From Monocercomonoides exilis PA203 (taxonomy: Eukaryota; Protista; Preaxostyla): DNA of 64,000 bases. The notes below the pieces were generated by a model. It had not been told where the DNA came from and made no database searches. It saw only the letters and a program-made list of their open reading frames with translations. Shown here piece after piece: positions 1 through 13,243 of the stretch. Location of the stretch: NCBI GenBank assembly GCA_001643675.2, contig LSRY02000019.1, positions 248,001 through 312,000 of the forward strand, written 5' to 3'. How positions within the stretch are numbered: position 1 is the stretch's first letter; each line of letters begins with the position of its first letter. Position numbers and translations under genes: made by a program.

Positions 1-3000
1 CTTCCGCACGTTGAATAGCTTCAGCATTCTCTTTTTCTTCTTCTACTTCTTCTGGCGACACATACTCAAAAGATGGATCTCCTCTCATCAGAGTAAGTTC
101 TCCAATGGCAGACACAATTTCATCCATTGAATCATTTGATGGTTCACTTTGGCTTGTTGAAAAGGCAGATTCTGGAGATGTTGAAAAAGAACTGACTGAT
201 TGAATGAGAGGAGAATTAGTTGTTCGGGACAAGTCTGGTTGAGGTGGTGTAAGTAGGTTTTGAGGACTTATTTTTGGAGTTAGCGAATTATCCTTCTGTC
301 TCTGACTCTTATCATTTGAGAAATATGTTTGCTGCTTTGATGCTTCTGACAGGATCTCGTATATTTCGATATCTTCTGTTTCGAGTAAATCTCGAAGTTT
401 GGAATTGTTGTGCTCTTGTTTTTTATAAATATAACCTTCTGTATCCTCATTAAAATACTCAGATAAATTGCCATAACTTGAATCATTTTTCTGATTGCAA
501 TATGTCACTAATTCTCCATCTGTTTTTGGAAACGCACTTTTTGCCCAGTTCAGAAAGTGAACAACTGTTTGTGAGACAGTCACGTCCATAACTCCCAAAG
601 CAGACAAAAGACGAAGTTGAAGACATATTGCAGCAACTGACGAAAACGGAGGTGGTGTTGATGAATACTCAAGAGACGTACTGCGAAGAGTTGGTACAGA
701 TGCAAAATCAGAAGAATTACCTTTGCTTGCAGTCACTTTGATGTCAGTTCGATCTGATAGAGCAGAAGATGTCTGTTGACTTTGTTCAGAAGTGACATTT
801 GATTGGGAGCTGAAAACACTTCTTGGTAGGGCAATACGCGGAAGATGCGACCCTATCAAAGGCGGAGAAGGGCAAAGTTGTGGTGATATATTCGGAGATG
901 GAGAACAAGAAACCTTATTAGAAGAAGATGGTTTTGAATATTGAAAGAAATGATCAGTATTCAAAGAAGGTTGTAAAATCTTTTCTGAATCTGCACTGGT
1001 AAACATTATCCTCCAGTTCAAACTGCGTTCAAGCCTGGAGCACAAAGTATGTGCAAAAGATGTTAAAAGGTATTTGCATTGGAAAGATCGTAAGACTGTT
1101 ACGCACACAACAAGAAGTTGTTCTGGTGAAGAATCGTCTGCAATCCAAGAAGCAGCAACAGAGATGAGAGAGCTAACCAAAAGAAGAGCATCCAACGACG
1201 ATGGAACAGGAAATGCTGATTGCTGATTCTTGTTTGATTGAGCAAATCCAACAGGAGATAATGGAGGCAGTGAAGTAAATTGAGATGCATCTTGCGAAAT
1301 AGATTGATTCATCAGTGGCGAGTTTGATGTTGCTGGTGATGAAAAAGTTGGTGAAACTGAATTTATCACATTCCATGAGGGAGAGGGGGATGCAGAAGGA
1401 GAAGCAGGGTATTTCTTTTTGTGCATGAACAAAGGATCAGAAAGATTATGAAGCTCGCGAAGCACATAATTTCGAGTCATCATCGTGAAAAATGGATTTG
1501 ACTGTGAACTTGCTTGATCCACAACTCCAAATTCTCCAAAATAGATTTTGGAATCTTTCACAGAAGATTGAGGAGTTGTGTTATTTGAGAATATCTGCGA
1601 AAGAATGAAAAGGTTTGATTGAACAAAACAATAAGGAACAGAAATGATATATCTTCCTTGCTTTTCTTCTGTTTCATCGCGTATTTGCATCGAATCTGCA
1701 AATTCGTAAGATTTTGTAACGTTTTCATTAAGCTTGGCAATAATATCATAATATCCAATAAATGCAGGATGGCTCAAAAGAATGCTTTGAATGGCATTAA
1801 TAGCGTTGGCTATGGTTATGTAGCTAACAGCTGGAAGAGAACTCATCCTTTGTTTTGATGAATTAAGTTGTGATTGCACAGGCTGTTGTTGATCCAACCT
1901 TTGAGAAGAATGATAAAGAATTCTTGGTGCTTGGAGTATATGTGCATCTTTTTGGTCTTCCTCCATTTTTCCGCAGGTGAAGGTTGTAGAATCTCTTTTA
2001 TCACTGAATGAGGAAGATTGAACTTCGTCTTTCTTTGAAGTATTCTGTTGAAGCTTCACCTGAATTCGCCCCTTCTCATTTTCGCTCCACCAAGTTAAGC
2101 GGGAATGAATATTTGGATGTGCGCACAGCACAAACAAACGAGAAAGAATCAATGGAAGATAGTGCCATGAAATAAAGGGAGATATGTAGGCGATTGCGCT
2201 ACACGCTCTCCAAATAAAAAGAGGATTGTTTGAATAAAGATGATTAATGGTGAGCGAAACAAACGCGACAAAAGAAGGTTGTTCATTAAGATATTGCGAA
2301 ACTTCATCAGTGTTGCAACTCAATGATTGAGAATCAATAAATGAATTGTTTTGAGTGCAAAAATAATTCTGAGAGCCTAATCCACTGAAAACAACATCAC
2401 TCAATGCATTCATCTTTCCGTTATCCAGCATCACTGCCGTGAGTAATTCAGAAGGCAAAAGAGAAGAGGGCTTATTACAGATCTCGTTAAATGAACTGCG
2501 ATAAATATCCATCGGCAATGGGGAATTGAAAACATGATAAAGTGATGGCGCCTTTGATTCTTTTTTAACTGTTGCATTTTTGAACTCTTTTGACGAGCAC
2601 CTATTCTTGTTCTTGATGCATGCATTGATACACCCGTTGACAATAACTTTTGTGAGAGCACAATAAGAAATTATCTGCAAAAATGTACTTGTAAATGAAG
2701 GACTTGACTGAGCAGGCACATCAACAGAAACAATACGTGATTTTGGTTCATGAGACAAAGCCAGGAAAAGAAATGGAGTTGGAATAGAAAGGCTTCTATT
2801 TGATCCCCTTTCTGATAGTGGCGTTTGTGCAAACTCAACAGAAAGCAGCTGAGGAAGTCGTTGCTCTGAAAAATGCATAAATGGATGAATCGATGATGAG
2901 GACGAAGCAGGGACAAATGACACAGACAAAGAAAGCAATTCAAAAGTTGACAGAAATGAAAAGGGGTTGTCTGACTGTGCGCTTTGAACTGGATCTGATT

Positions 3001-6000
3001 CGTCTTTTTCATCAAAGAAAGCTTCTTCCGTGATGAGAAATGGGATGTTAATCTGCTTGGGCTTTGGAAAAGGTGAATCAAGTGCACTTGCTCTTTTCCT
3101 TGGCATCATCACTGAAGCGCTGCGATTTCTTCCAGATTGCTGTGGAGTGGCCATCTGACTGTGCTTGGTGGCGGATTGAAGAGGCGAAATTGGCCTGTTT
3201 ATAGGCGAAGGTGATTGGGGTGTAGAAATGAGTTTTGGGGTTACACGTGGAGTTGCAGAGTGAAGGATCACACGCACGGCACTTTCAGAAGTCAAAGGAA
3301 TTGAACAGAGGCACAATCCAGCCATCATTCGAAGAGAAAGATAAGTTGGCGAAGAAGGCAGAATGACTCGAATATGAGAAAGAGTGGCTTGAGATGTGGT
3401 GGAAGATGGAGATGAAAGTAATTCTGACAAATAAGATGAGCATAAAAAAGAAAGAAGAGGATGATGAATGGCTGAATTTAACACAAAGTGGATGATATAT
3501 TGGGAAGCTGTGGATAAATTCGAAAGAGAATGAAAGAACGATACAACATCGCAGAAAGGAAGCAGATTTCTATCCCACATCAATTTGATTGCATGTGAAC
3601 AATCATTCATCAAAAGAAGAGACGAATGAATGGGACTTTTTTGGCTAAAGCAAGAAGAAAGAGGAATACATTTACTGTTATGAGTGCTCTTCTGATTCTT
3701 TGGTTGTTCTTGCTTTGATGATGAAACAGGCAAGCCCTCCGATTGTAATGAAGATGCAGCTCTTGTTTTCTGTTGAAGTGGATTAAAAGCAACGACTGAG
3801 TCATTCGAAGCGTTGTTACTCGTCTGAATATGATGCGAAGAAATCGACGGGGATTCCGTTTCAGAACCAGAAATATATGATCGATGAAGATTGGATGTGC
3901 CGCTCTTTTCATTCTTCACTTTGATTTGCAAAATGTCCATCAGATCCAACAAATCCTTTGGCTCATTGTTTATCTTTGCCACTGAAGATTTGGTTTGAAA
4001 AGAGGCTGATCTTGATCGCGACGATAAGTGCTGTGCAAAAGATTCTTCCAGCTTTGCAGCGTTTGATGGCAAATCGAGCTTTGATGCAACAAGTTGCTTG
4101 TCAGTTGGCAAAAAATGTCCAAATACTAAAATCTTAATCGAATCAGAGGTGGACGAAGATTTTGGCGAGAAAATTGAAAGATTTTCTGCCTCGTCTTCGG
4201 CTTCAAAATCTTCGTCTTTTCGTCTGAGCTGCTCAAACAATGATGAACCGGTCGAGCCACTACCCAAATCATCCTTTCCAAATAGCGAATCATCGTCAGC
4301 TATCATCGAAGCAGACACAATATCGTCGCCTTCGATGCAGAATGAGTCGGAATCGCACTGAGGAAGGAATGGATGAGGTGCATAGCGGCGCGTGAATGAG
4401 GATGCTGAAAGAAAAGAGGAGTATTCCATGCTTGGCAGATAACTGCCTGATTGTTCTTGTGGTGAAGTACTGCCAGTAGAGCGGATAATCAGATGACTGA
4501 AGTGTGACGTCTGTCTGTTTTGCTGCTCCTTCTGCAGTTCAGATATGATATAGCGACTCATCGACTTCAGCGTAGTTTTAAGAGCCATTTGCAGCTGGAA
4601 CTTCGTTTTCCGCTCTTTCAAAAATACATCTTGGAATCTTCTGACTCCGCTTTCTACAACCGTCTCAAGCCATTTTTCTCTGAAATCTGCTGAGGCATCT
4701 CTTCCATTGCTTATTGCACTGAGATCTTTTGAAGCCTCATCATTTTCACTTTTCATCATGCTGAATTGTGACTTGTGATACTTTTCGAAATGTCCACACG
4801 TCAATCTAACTTTTAGCAGTTCCACGCTCCGGAATGGAAAATACGGATGCAGCATTGTTTCAATTATCCCCTCTTTCCCTCTTTTGCCTTTGATTGCATC
4901 ACACAGGAACTTCAGTAAATCCGTCCTGACGCATCCAGCTGCATAAAGCGAGAGTGCAAACGAAAAGAAAATCTGAGTCAGAATGTGAGGGTGATACCGT
5001 GAGGATGACAGGAGAAGAGAATATTGAGGAACCTGTGGGCTTGAATAGCTCATTGATGAGAATGAGGCAGTCAGCTGCTGGTCGATCTTTTTGAAGACAA
5101 AACTGAAATAAATGGGCAGAGAAGACGGAGGAAGCAGGAAGAGGATGGTTGTCAAAGAAGGAGAAAGCACAGGATGAAGCCACCGAGATGGTGAACGAAG
5201 AAGAGAAGTTGAGAGAAGTCCAGTTCTCAAAGAATTTTGATAATCCAGTTGATGTGCATAGGACTTTGGTATTGAACAGGATGAAGATGGTTGTGCAAAA
5301 GCAGATGCTTCATGAAACGAATTATTAAGCGGTTTAAAACTGATTTTTTTATTTGATTGGGCTGGATTAGACAAGTTTTGAAATTCAAATGAAGAAGACG
5401 AAAAAGAAGAGGATGGGAAAAAATCAACAGGAAGCAAAGAATTGTCTGAAGATAGCTGTGTGAAAGAATTACTTCTAGAATTAGAAGTGGAATCCTTTGA
5501 AACAGATGCATTACTAATAAAAGCTGCTGAATATTGCTGCTTTTTCTGTTCAGTTTTGTTTGTTTGATTGGAAGATTGCGAAAATTGATTTGGTTGAAGT
5601 TCATCCAGTTGCTCGCTAAGATGATCAGTTGCTGCGCGAAAAAATCTTCGAAGTTCGAAAAGTGAGGTGAAAAGCTCTTGTATTGCGATGTTTGAGAAGC
5701 GATAGACATAAGGCGGACAGGCAGAAGAATGAAGAAGATCAAAGAATGACAAGTTACTGACTGAAGATGAGTCTCTTTTTTCATTGTCATTTTCATTCAC
5801 GTTCGAAACTGATGAATACATAAGAGATTCTTTTGTTTTGTCCTTTTCAAATTTTTTAGAGTCCAAATAAGTGACCAAGTTCGGAAGCTGAAGAATCTGT
5901 TGAAGAAGCTCTGGGAAATAAGGGAGCGGCGGTGGAGGTGGTTCTGTTTTTCGTTCAAAAGAACCAGTCTCGGTTGCAGCATCATCACAAAAACCGTCAG

Positions 6001-9000
6001 AAGAGCTTTCTTTGCCTGGTATTGTTTGAGAATCGCAGCTAAACGTCTCTTCCACAGAAGAATCGGAAGAGTCGCAAGGAATTCGCATGACTTTCGATTT
6101 GGGTGTGCTGTGTTTGTTCTCTTCAACTTTTTTGTATTCGACTTTTGAAGCATCAGCACCTTCAGGCCAAAAAGGAGATGTTTGAGGTGAATAAATGGAG
6201 TGCCCATCAGACTCTTCCATTGAAGAGCAAGAGCAGTTGAGTGAGGATGAGTATGACGAGCAAGTTGAGCGGATGCTCATTGCACTTGAAGCGGTGGAAT
6301 CACCCAAAGAACTTTGAATTGCATTTCCTTTGTTTGTCTTCTTCACATCGGTTAACTCTTTTGGCGTGCTTTCAGTGTTGTTGACTGATGCATCTTCCTG
6401 ATTTGCAGAGGATAGTAAGAGAGTTGGCGGACTTAAAAAAGTTGCTGACAGATTTTTCTTTGCATCGTCTGCTTGGACTTCTTGAGAATTGCAATCATCT
6501 TCAAAGTCTTTAACTTCTGATGTTTGTTGGCGATTAGTCGGTTTATAAGACAGCTTCAAAGGCGATGAATAACGAGAAGTCAAAAACTGATTGTCATCAG
6601 CAGGTTTAATTGTTGAGCCTGTTTTTGCGTCAGAGGTTGAAACATCGTTGCCTTGTTCTCTTTCAAAAGACAAAGAATAACCATCATCGGATGAATCATT
6701 TGCCACAGAATATGCTTCGCTCATTTCATCCCTTATTGATAAATCGATGGAAGATGCAGAAAAGCTGGCTCTTAATTTCTTCTTTGAAGAAATACGTGGA
6801 AAATCTTCCGCATCATCGTCGGCAAAATAGCTTGATAATGTTCTGTCATCTTCATCAGCCGAAGGCAAATAAATGATACGGGCAAGCGAGTGCAGCCGTT
6901 TTTTAATAAGTTTTAATTGCATTTTTTCATTTGATTGTGATGAATTGTTTTTCTTCTGATGCATCTTGTTCGCCGTTTTTTGCAGTTCTTTTTCCGTTCT
7001 TTGTTTTTCGTCTGGCTTTGTTGTTGCAATTGTACTTTCTACCTGGAAATTTGACCCGTTTTTGTTATCTTCTGCATACAATGATGCCAGCTGCTTTCCA
7101 AAATTCAAGAGTTTCCATTTAACAAAACGAGCAATTTTTGCTTCTCCTTTCAAAATTGATCGCCTCAAATCTTGTTCTGTCTTGTCTTCAACATTCACCT
7201 CAAATTTTACTGTGGCATTTTTTGTTGTGTTTGAGATTTCCTCATGAGCAGCAAAGTCGTGCATTTGCGTACATCTTTTGAATGAGTCATGTGGAGGATA
7301 CAATCTGTGCAAATTGAGAGGTGCGTAAATAACAGAATACCAGCCATTCTTCTTCTGAACAGAGCGTTGGGCTTCAGGTGGAATGCCATGCAACAAAGGC
7401 GGGTAGTGTTGGCGAGAACGAGTGAATGAGTTTTTAACTGGAAAGACAGCTGAATTGCCTTCAGGTGTCTTCAAAGTTAAAGGCGCAGATGTCGCCTCGA
7501 GAAGCGATGCTGTCACAAGACTTGCAGCATTTGGAACTGCCTTCTTTGAGGAAGGCCTACGAATTTGAAAGGATGAACTTCTCCTTCGCTGATGACGAAT
7601 CAATTTCTCTTCATTATTTGTGTGAAGGTGATCTTTATGCTTCACAGAATGTTTGAAATGTCTTGATCCTACATTATATTTTCCATTCTCATCTTTATCA
7701 AAATCTTCGTTTTCGACTTCATCTTCCACACATTCAGCAGGAACCGATCGAACAATAAGAGATGATGGTGAGTCCATCATCAGCTGCAGCTGGCACCACG
7801 CTGTCATCAGCGCATCGTCGCCCACACAAATCTCTGCAATTGTTTCAGTGGCGATGTCTGTGGAAAAAGAGGATGACAGTCTGTGCGCAATCAGACAGAG
7901 AAGATTGACAACTGGTGACTGAGACAGTATCAACTGATCCAAAATGTGGAAAAGCATCTGCTGGCACGGAGACAGCTGTTGGGCTTCTGTCTTCTGTTCG
8001 GCTGACGGACTGGGAAAAGTCAAGTCTGGAAATGAAGCAGAAGAAGAGCGCTGAACACCCAACGGAGAATAGTCATTGGGATACAAAGTGGATGAGACAG
8101 AGCTGTTGGCGTCTGAATAGCTGTTGGAAGAGAACGAAGAAGCAGAGCTGGCAGAGCGATATTTGAATGAAGTGTCGAGAAACTCTTCGGAGTCTGCTGG
8201 AAGAAGCAGAGAAGATGACTGGCTGGTCATTGACGAGAGCGGATCCAGCTCCAAAGCAGGTGTGGTGATAAGAGCTTGTTTGCGAGATGATAATGAATTG
8301 GATGATGTGGTGCTGCGTGCTGGTGGTGATGTGCTGCTTGAGTGTGTGAAATGAGATGAAGTGAATGGAAAGTTTGAGGAAGTCGAATGCATATTGCTGC
8401 CATAAAGCTGGTGCAAAATGCCTGTGAGATGAGAAGGATGCCGAAATGCATTTTGATGTGCTGAAGTGAAATCAGAAAAGCCCGATGAAGTGAAAGGTGT
8501 CGATGATAATGTTATTGCTCCATTGTGTCTGCAACCATCGCTGTTACATTCCAAAATAGAATTGACAGAATCGATTGAAATGAGCTGGATAAAAAGTGGA
8601 GAGAATTCAAGAAGTGGATGAAGAACATGCCTAAGAGGTGCTTCAGGATGAAACAACACAGACGAAAGATGATTTGACTCTTTATTATTTGAAGATGAAC
8701 AATTGCTAACTATTTTTTGGCTTGTGTTCTCTTGAAGTCTAAATTGCCTTTGAAAATAAACACCCAAGGATTCTTCAGCTGATGAAATGAGTTTTTGTTT
8801 TTCAAGCCAAACGTTGTATTCTTTGACGAGAGAATCTTTACAGAAGCGGAATGACGAGGCAATGGCTTTGAGATAAGCAGGCTGCGTTGATAGAGAACGA
8901 ATCACTGGATTAGATAAAAGAGATGCAGATAGATCGAGAAAAAATTCAGAAGGAGACTTGTTGGCAATTTCGTTGAAAGATAAAGGCGATTTGTTCTGGT

Positions 9001-11410
9001 TGATTGAATTATTGTAACTTTGTGTTTTTGATTCGAAGTCATCACCACCACATTCTGGTATATCCACCAGTTTTTCGAGTTCTGCTGCCAAAACACGGCA
9101 ACGTTGCGGAAGAGTTAGTGGCTTAATTATGCCAAATTCGAAGAGAGGCACGATAGAATGCAGAAAGAACAAATAAAGCGAAGTAACTGGAACGTCTGCT
9201 ATTTGAGCAGAAGAGCTCTGAAAGGAAAAACTATCAGCTGATAAATGGTGTTTTTCTGATGAAGAAGAGTTGGATGCTGAGTATTCGTGCGATATTTCCA
9301 ATTCTGGTGGTAAAACATCAGGCTGCTTCTGATTATCAATAGAAATTGCTTCTTCATTGGCATCATCAAGTTCTGGTTGCGCAAAAGTCGGACGAAAAAA
9401 ATCTTGTTCGCAAGCAAAATCAAAAGCTACTATTTTGATGTTATTAGAAAGAGGAGTAGAGAAGCTAGCAGTCGTTGAGTAGAGGCATTTTTCAAACACT
9501 TCCATGCTGATTGCCATTGGAGCAGCAGCTCTGCCCACTTTTCTGATGAACCCTTTGCTTTTCTCATCGCCTGCTGAATCCACTCCTTTGAAGCTTATTG
9601 GCGTCCCTTTTGGAGGAAGCTCAGCAGCCTCGTTTCTGTTCTTTGAATGGCGCTGGTGTTTGCTCCCTCTCTTTGCTGAGGCGATTTTTTCCCTTCGAAA
9701 ATGGGGTATTGATTGAATGGCAGATTCTCTAATAATATTCAAAAGTGAAAGTCCATCATCATCCTCGTCGTCTTCTTCTTCTTCGTTTCTGAATCCTTCG
9801 ATGCTACCGTCAACATCTTCTGTTAGTAGATTGTCATTTGGTGTAAAAGTGTATGCTTCGCTTGGATTTTTGAAAGAAGGCGGATACTCTATTGCAGTTG
9901 AATTAGATGACAAAGATGAATTAGTGAACTTATCATTTTTGAAAAGCAATTCGTGACTTGGTGAACTCACTTGTTGTGGTTCATATTTATTTTGTGCCTG
10001 GATGCCCTCATCAGCTAGCTGCCTGTGCAGAGCAGCATGCCCTGGCTCTACAGAAGATTGTAGTTCACTGAATGAATTTGCGTCCAAATGGCTCTCCTTT
10101 CCGCTACTAAAAGCACTGTGCATTGAAGATTGGCATCCATGTTTAGATATTTCTGGATTAATGAACGAAGATATGAACAACCCATTTCTTTGTATTGCAC
10201 TTTCTGCTTCTTTTCGTCTTAATTTTTCTATCCAAATATCATTAATTTCACTTTGTTCAGATTCAGAAGAAGGACAATCTCCAAATGCAAAACTTTCGTT
10301 ATTTGCACTGAGGAAAGGGATTTCTTCCCAACGACGAAAAAGTGACAAGAAGTCAAAAGAACGAGCGGTTACAATCACTTTTTTTTGTAGCAAAAGAAGA
10401 GGAGATGATAAGAACTTCGAAAGAGCAAGAAGAGATGAAAGACGGCTCAACGATATTGACGGATTGGATGAGAAAGTGGAATGGTAATGAGAAAGGGATT
10501 GAGGAATTGTTATCCGTTGTGAAATGAACGATGATTGACCAGTATGATCGTGCATGGCTGAATCGACAGAATGCAACTGGCTATTACTGTCTGAAAATTT
10601 TGGTGCATTTTCAACATTTATGGAAGAAGATGATAAATCTGTAAAATCACGAAGCGAACTAAGTTGTGATGAAAAAGAGAAAAACGATGGTGCTATATCA
10701 ATAAACATCACGCAATTAAATGAGTGTAGTTGTTGAAGAATGTATTTCTGAAGAAGTTTAAAATCTTGTTTTGATTTGTCTTCATTTTGAAGCACTTGAG
10801 ATTCTAACACAACATCTTCAAATGAAATTTCCTCATTAAACGAATAAAAAACGCTCGAAGATAATAAAGGGATGTATATAGGCGTAATGCGAGACCAATC
10901 TGAATTTTCATCTGATTGAAGCGCTCGCTCAGCACAAACTGCACAAAGATGCTTCAAAAATGTTGTTTTCCCAACTCCATCCATCCCGCATAAAAATACC
11001 CTTTTGGGGGAATGAAGGTTCAGTAACCTATCTGTGGTGTCAAAATTTTGTATCGGTCTTAAAAATGCAAAAAAAAAAAATAAAATCTTTAATAATGAAA
11101 AAATGCTTTATACTTCAAGTCGAAATTTCTAATTTCATCGCATAAACAATCATTTTGTTGATGTGTTTTTCTTTCAGAAAAAAGTGTTACAAATTCAGAA
11201 TCAGAATCCGAGGAAAAATGGAAAGATTCAGAAATAATTCCAAAAGACAAATTCCAAGTTGAAGAAAGTGTTGGACAATTCCCAATTTCAATCACAGGTA
11301 ATTCTCTTATTGTTTTTCCATTTTTTTCTTTGGAATTTCGTAATGATTTTTTGTCCACTAATGAATATAAGCAAGAATGCAGATATCTTTTATGCAAAAT
11401 CTTAAACTCA
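1..11410 (-). CDS. Giant (>3,750 aa, 3'-partial) NACHT/STAND-like P-loop NTPase with low-complexity insertions and HEAT-like helical segments toward the C-terminus
   Basis: One minus-strand frame appears open from 11057 to the window edge: spot translations are stop-free and the ORF track lists no minus ORF in this frame. A GT-AG intron at 11058..11113 joins it to the 11089..11397 exon (DEIRNFDLK|PIQNFDTTDRLL). Motifs in NACHT order: RVFLCGMDGVGKTTFLKHL (Walker A, ~10950-11005), PIYIPL, CVMFIDI (Walker B-like, ~10700), KKVIVTARS (~10365), IKPLTLPQRCRVL (~9110), LLSNPVIRSLSTQPAYLKAIA (~8860-8920). The start codon is uncertain and there is probably a further upstream exon. Confidence 0.75.
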
Positions 11411-12040
11411 TCTAATCAGTAATGCGTTTATTCGTAAAATTTTATTAAATTAATATTTATCATATGTAATTAATAAATATGCAAAAATTTTCACACCAAA
11501 AGATAAATTGGAACATTTGTTTTGCATTAGATACTGTTAAGGGTACGAAAAAGGTGATAAATAATATTTCCTTCAAAAACAGCATTACCAATGACAATAT
11601 ATTTCATTGCATTAAATAACTTTTTAATTGAAGAAAGCATTCTTTTAATTTCTTTTAGTGTTCTCTTACAAAATAATTGAATATTTGATTATCAAAGAAT
11701 TAAGCAAAATCCTTTGAAAATAACAATAAAACGGTTCAAACTTTGTAGTCCATTGTGACGTTTTCTCCTCCTCTATGAACTTTTTAATAATAATTATTAT
11801 CTTTTTCATTTTTTTAGATGGATTTTCTTTCATTAAAATTTCTGTTCGTATCTTTTTTTCCTGAAATCATTAAACAATTGCCCAAAAACTTGAATTATTT
11901 ATAATTTGGATATTAATTTTCGTTATTTTTTTATTTACAAGGAAATATTGAAAATTGATATTTTGATCTTAAAAATCCTCATTCAAAAGATCAATAAATT
12001 GTGATATTTGAGTTTTTTCTCAATAATCGTATTTTCATAA

Positions 12041-13243
12041 ATGTCTGATTGCCATTGTAAGGAAGGATGCGATTGCCATCATGAATGCAAACACGAGCAC
12101 GAAGGACATGAATGCGGTTGTGGCCACGATCATCATCACCACGATCATTCAAATTTGGCTTCTTCTCTTGAAGATCCACAAATAAAAGTTCTCGAAGATG
12201 GAACTATTGATTGCTACAGTCAAGATCCAGGAAAAGTTATCAAGAAAATTATTAAAGAAGGCTCTGGAGAATCACCAAAAAAAGGAATGAAAGTTAGTGT
12301 TCATTATATTGGAACACTTCTCGATGGAACGAAATTTGATTCATCTCGAGATAGGGGAGATAAGTTTGAATTTCAACTTGGTCAAGGAAGCGTTATCAAG
12401 GGATGGGATATTGGAGTTGCAACAATGAAAATAGGTGAAGTTGCAGACTTTACTCTTGCTCCAGATTATGCATATGGAGCAGGTGGATCACCGCCAACAA
12501 TTCCTCCAAATGCAACACTTAAATTTAACATTGAGTTGTTTTCATTTTACAAAGAACCAGAGACTCCAGAAGAAAAAATGGAATATGGTCTGGAAAGAAA
12601 ACAGAAAGGAAATGAATTCGTTAAAGAATCTCAATGGCCATTGGCAAGAGATCAATATGAACGAGGAATTAACATGTGCAAATATGTGTATTGTTCGACA
12701 GAAGAATTGAAAAAACAGCATAATGATTTGATGCTTGCATTATATCTTAATCGTGCTCTTTGCTGTTTAAAGATGAATGATGGAAATGGATGTGTTAACG
12801 ATTGCGATGAGGCACTTCGTCTTGATGGAGAGTGCACAAAGGCATTCTTTAGGCGTGGTTGCGGGTTACGCCTGATGAAAGAATACGATGCTGCAATTGC
12901 CGATCTTGCTCATGCGGCCAAAATGACACCAAATTGTGCTTCGATCAGGGGAGAGCTTGAACGAACAAAGGAGATGCAAAAAAAAGAGAAAGCAAAACAA
13001 TTATCCGCATTTTCTAATATGTTCGAGAAAATGAAGAAAATGGAAGAGGAAGAAAAGCAGGCAGAAAAGGCGAAAGTCATTGTTGAAGAAAAAAAGCCAG
13101 AAGAACATACACAAAATGAAGAAGAATCAGCAAAGAATGTTGAAGAAAATAAGAATGATGCATCTACCGAACAACAAATTGAAACTAACAAAGATGAAGA
13201 CAAGCCAGAGGTGCTTTCTGATGAAAAAGCAAAAGAGGAATAA
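12041..13243 (+). CDS. FKBP-type peptidyl-prolyl isomerase with TPR domain (FKBP4/ROF1-like Hsp90 co-chaperone) and His/Cys-rich N-terminus
   Basis: Intronless 400-aa ORF. FKBP motifs VSVHYIGTLLDGTKFDSSRDR, VIKGWDIGVATM and YAYGAGGSPPTIPPNATLKFNIEL. Three TPRs follow (KQKGNEF, LYLNRALC, KAFFRRG). Confidence 0.95.
   Translation: MSDCHCKEGCDCHHECKHEHEGHECGCGHDHHHHDHSNLASSLEDPQIKVLEDGTIDCYSQDPGKVIKKIIKEGSGESPKKGMKVSVHYIGTLLDGTKFDSSRDRGDKFEFQLGQGSVIKGWDIGVATMKIGEVADFTLAPDYAYGAGGSPPTIPPNATLKFNIELFSFYKEPETPEEKMEYGLERKQKGNEFVKESQWPLARDQYERGINMCKYVYCSTEELKKQHNDLMLALYLNRALCCLKMNDGNGCVNDCDEALRLDGECTKAFFRRGCGLRLMKEYDAAIADLAHAAKMTPNCASIRGELERTKEMQKKEKAKQLSAFSNMFEKMKKMEEEEKQAEKAKVIVEEKKPEEHTQNEEESAKNVEENKNDASTEQQIETNKDEDKPEVLSDEKAKEE

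Noticed and set aside
280-10736. Dozens of short ORFs on both strands in the ORF track
   Set aside because: They are shadow or alternate-frame ORFs of the single giant minus-strand exon.
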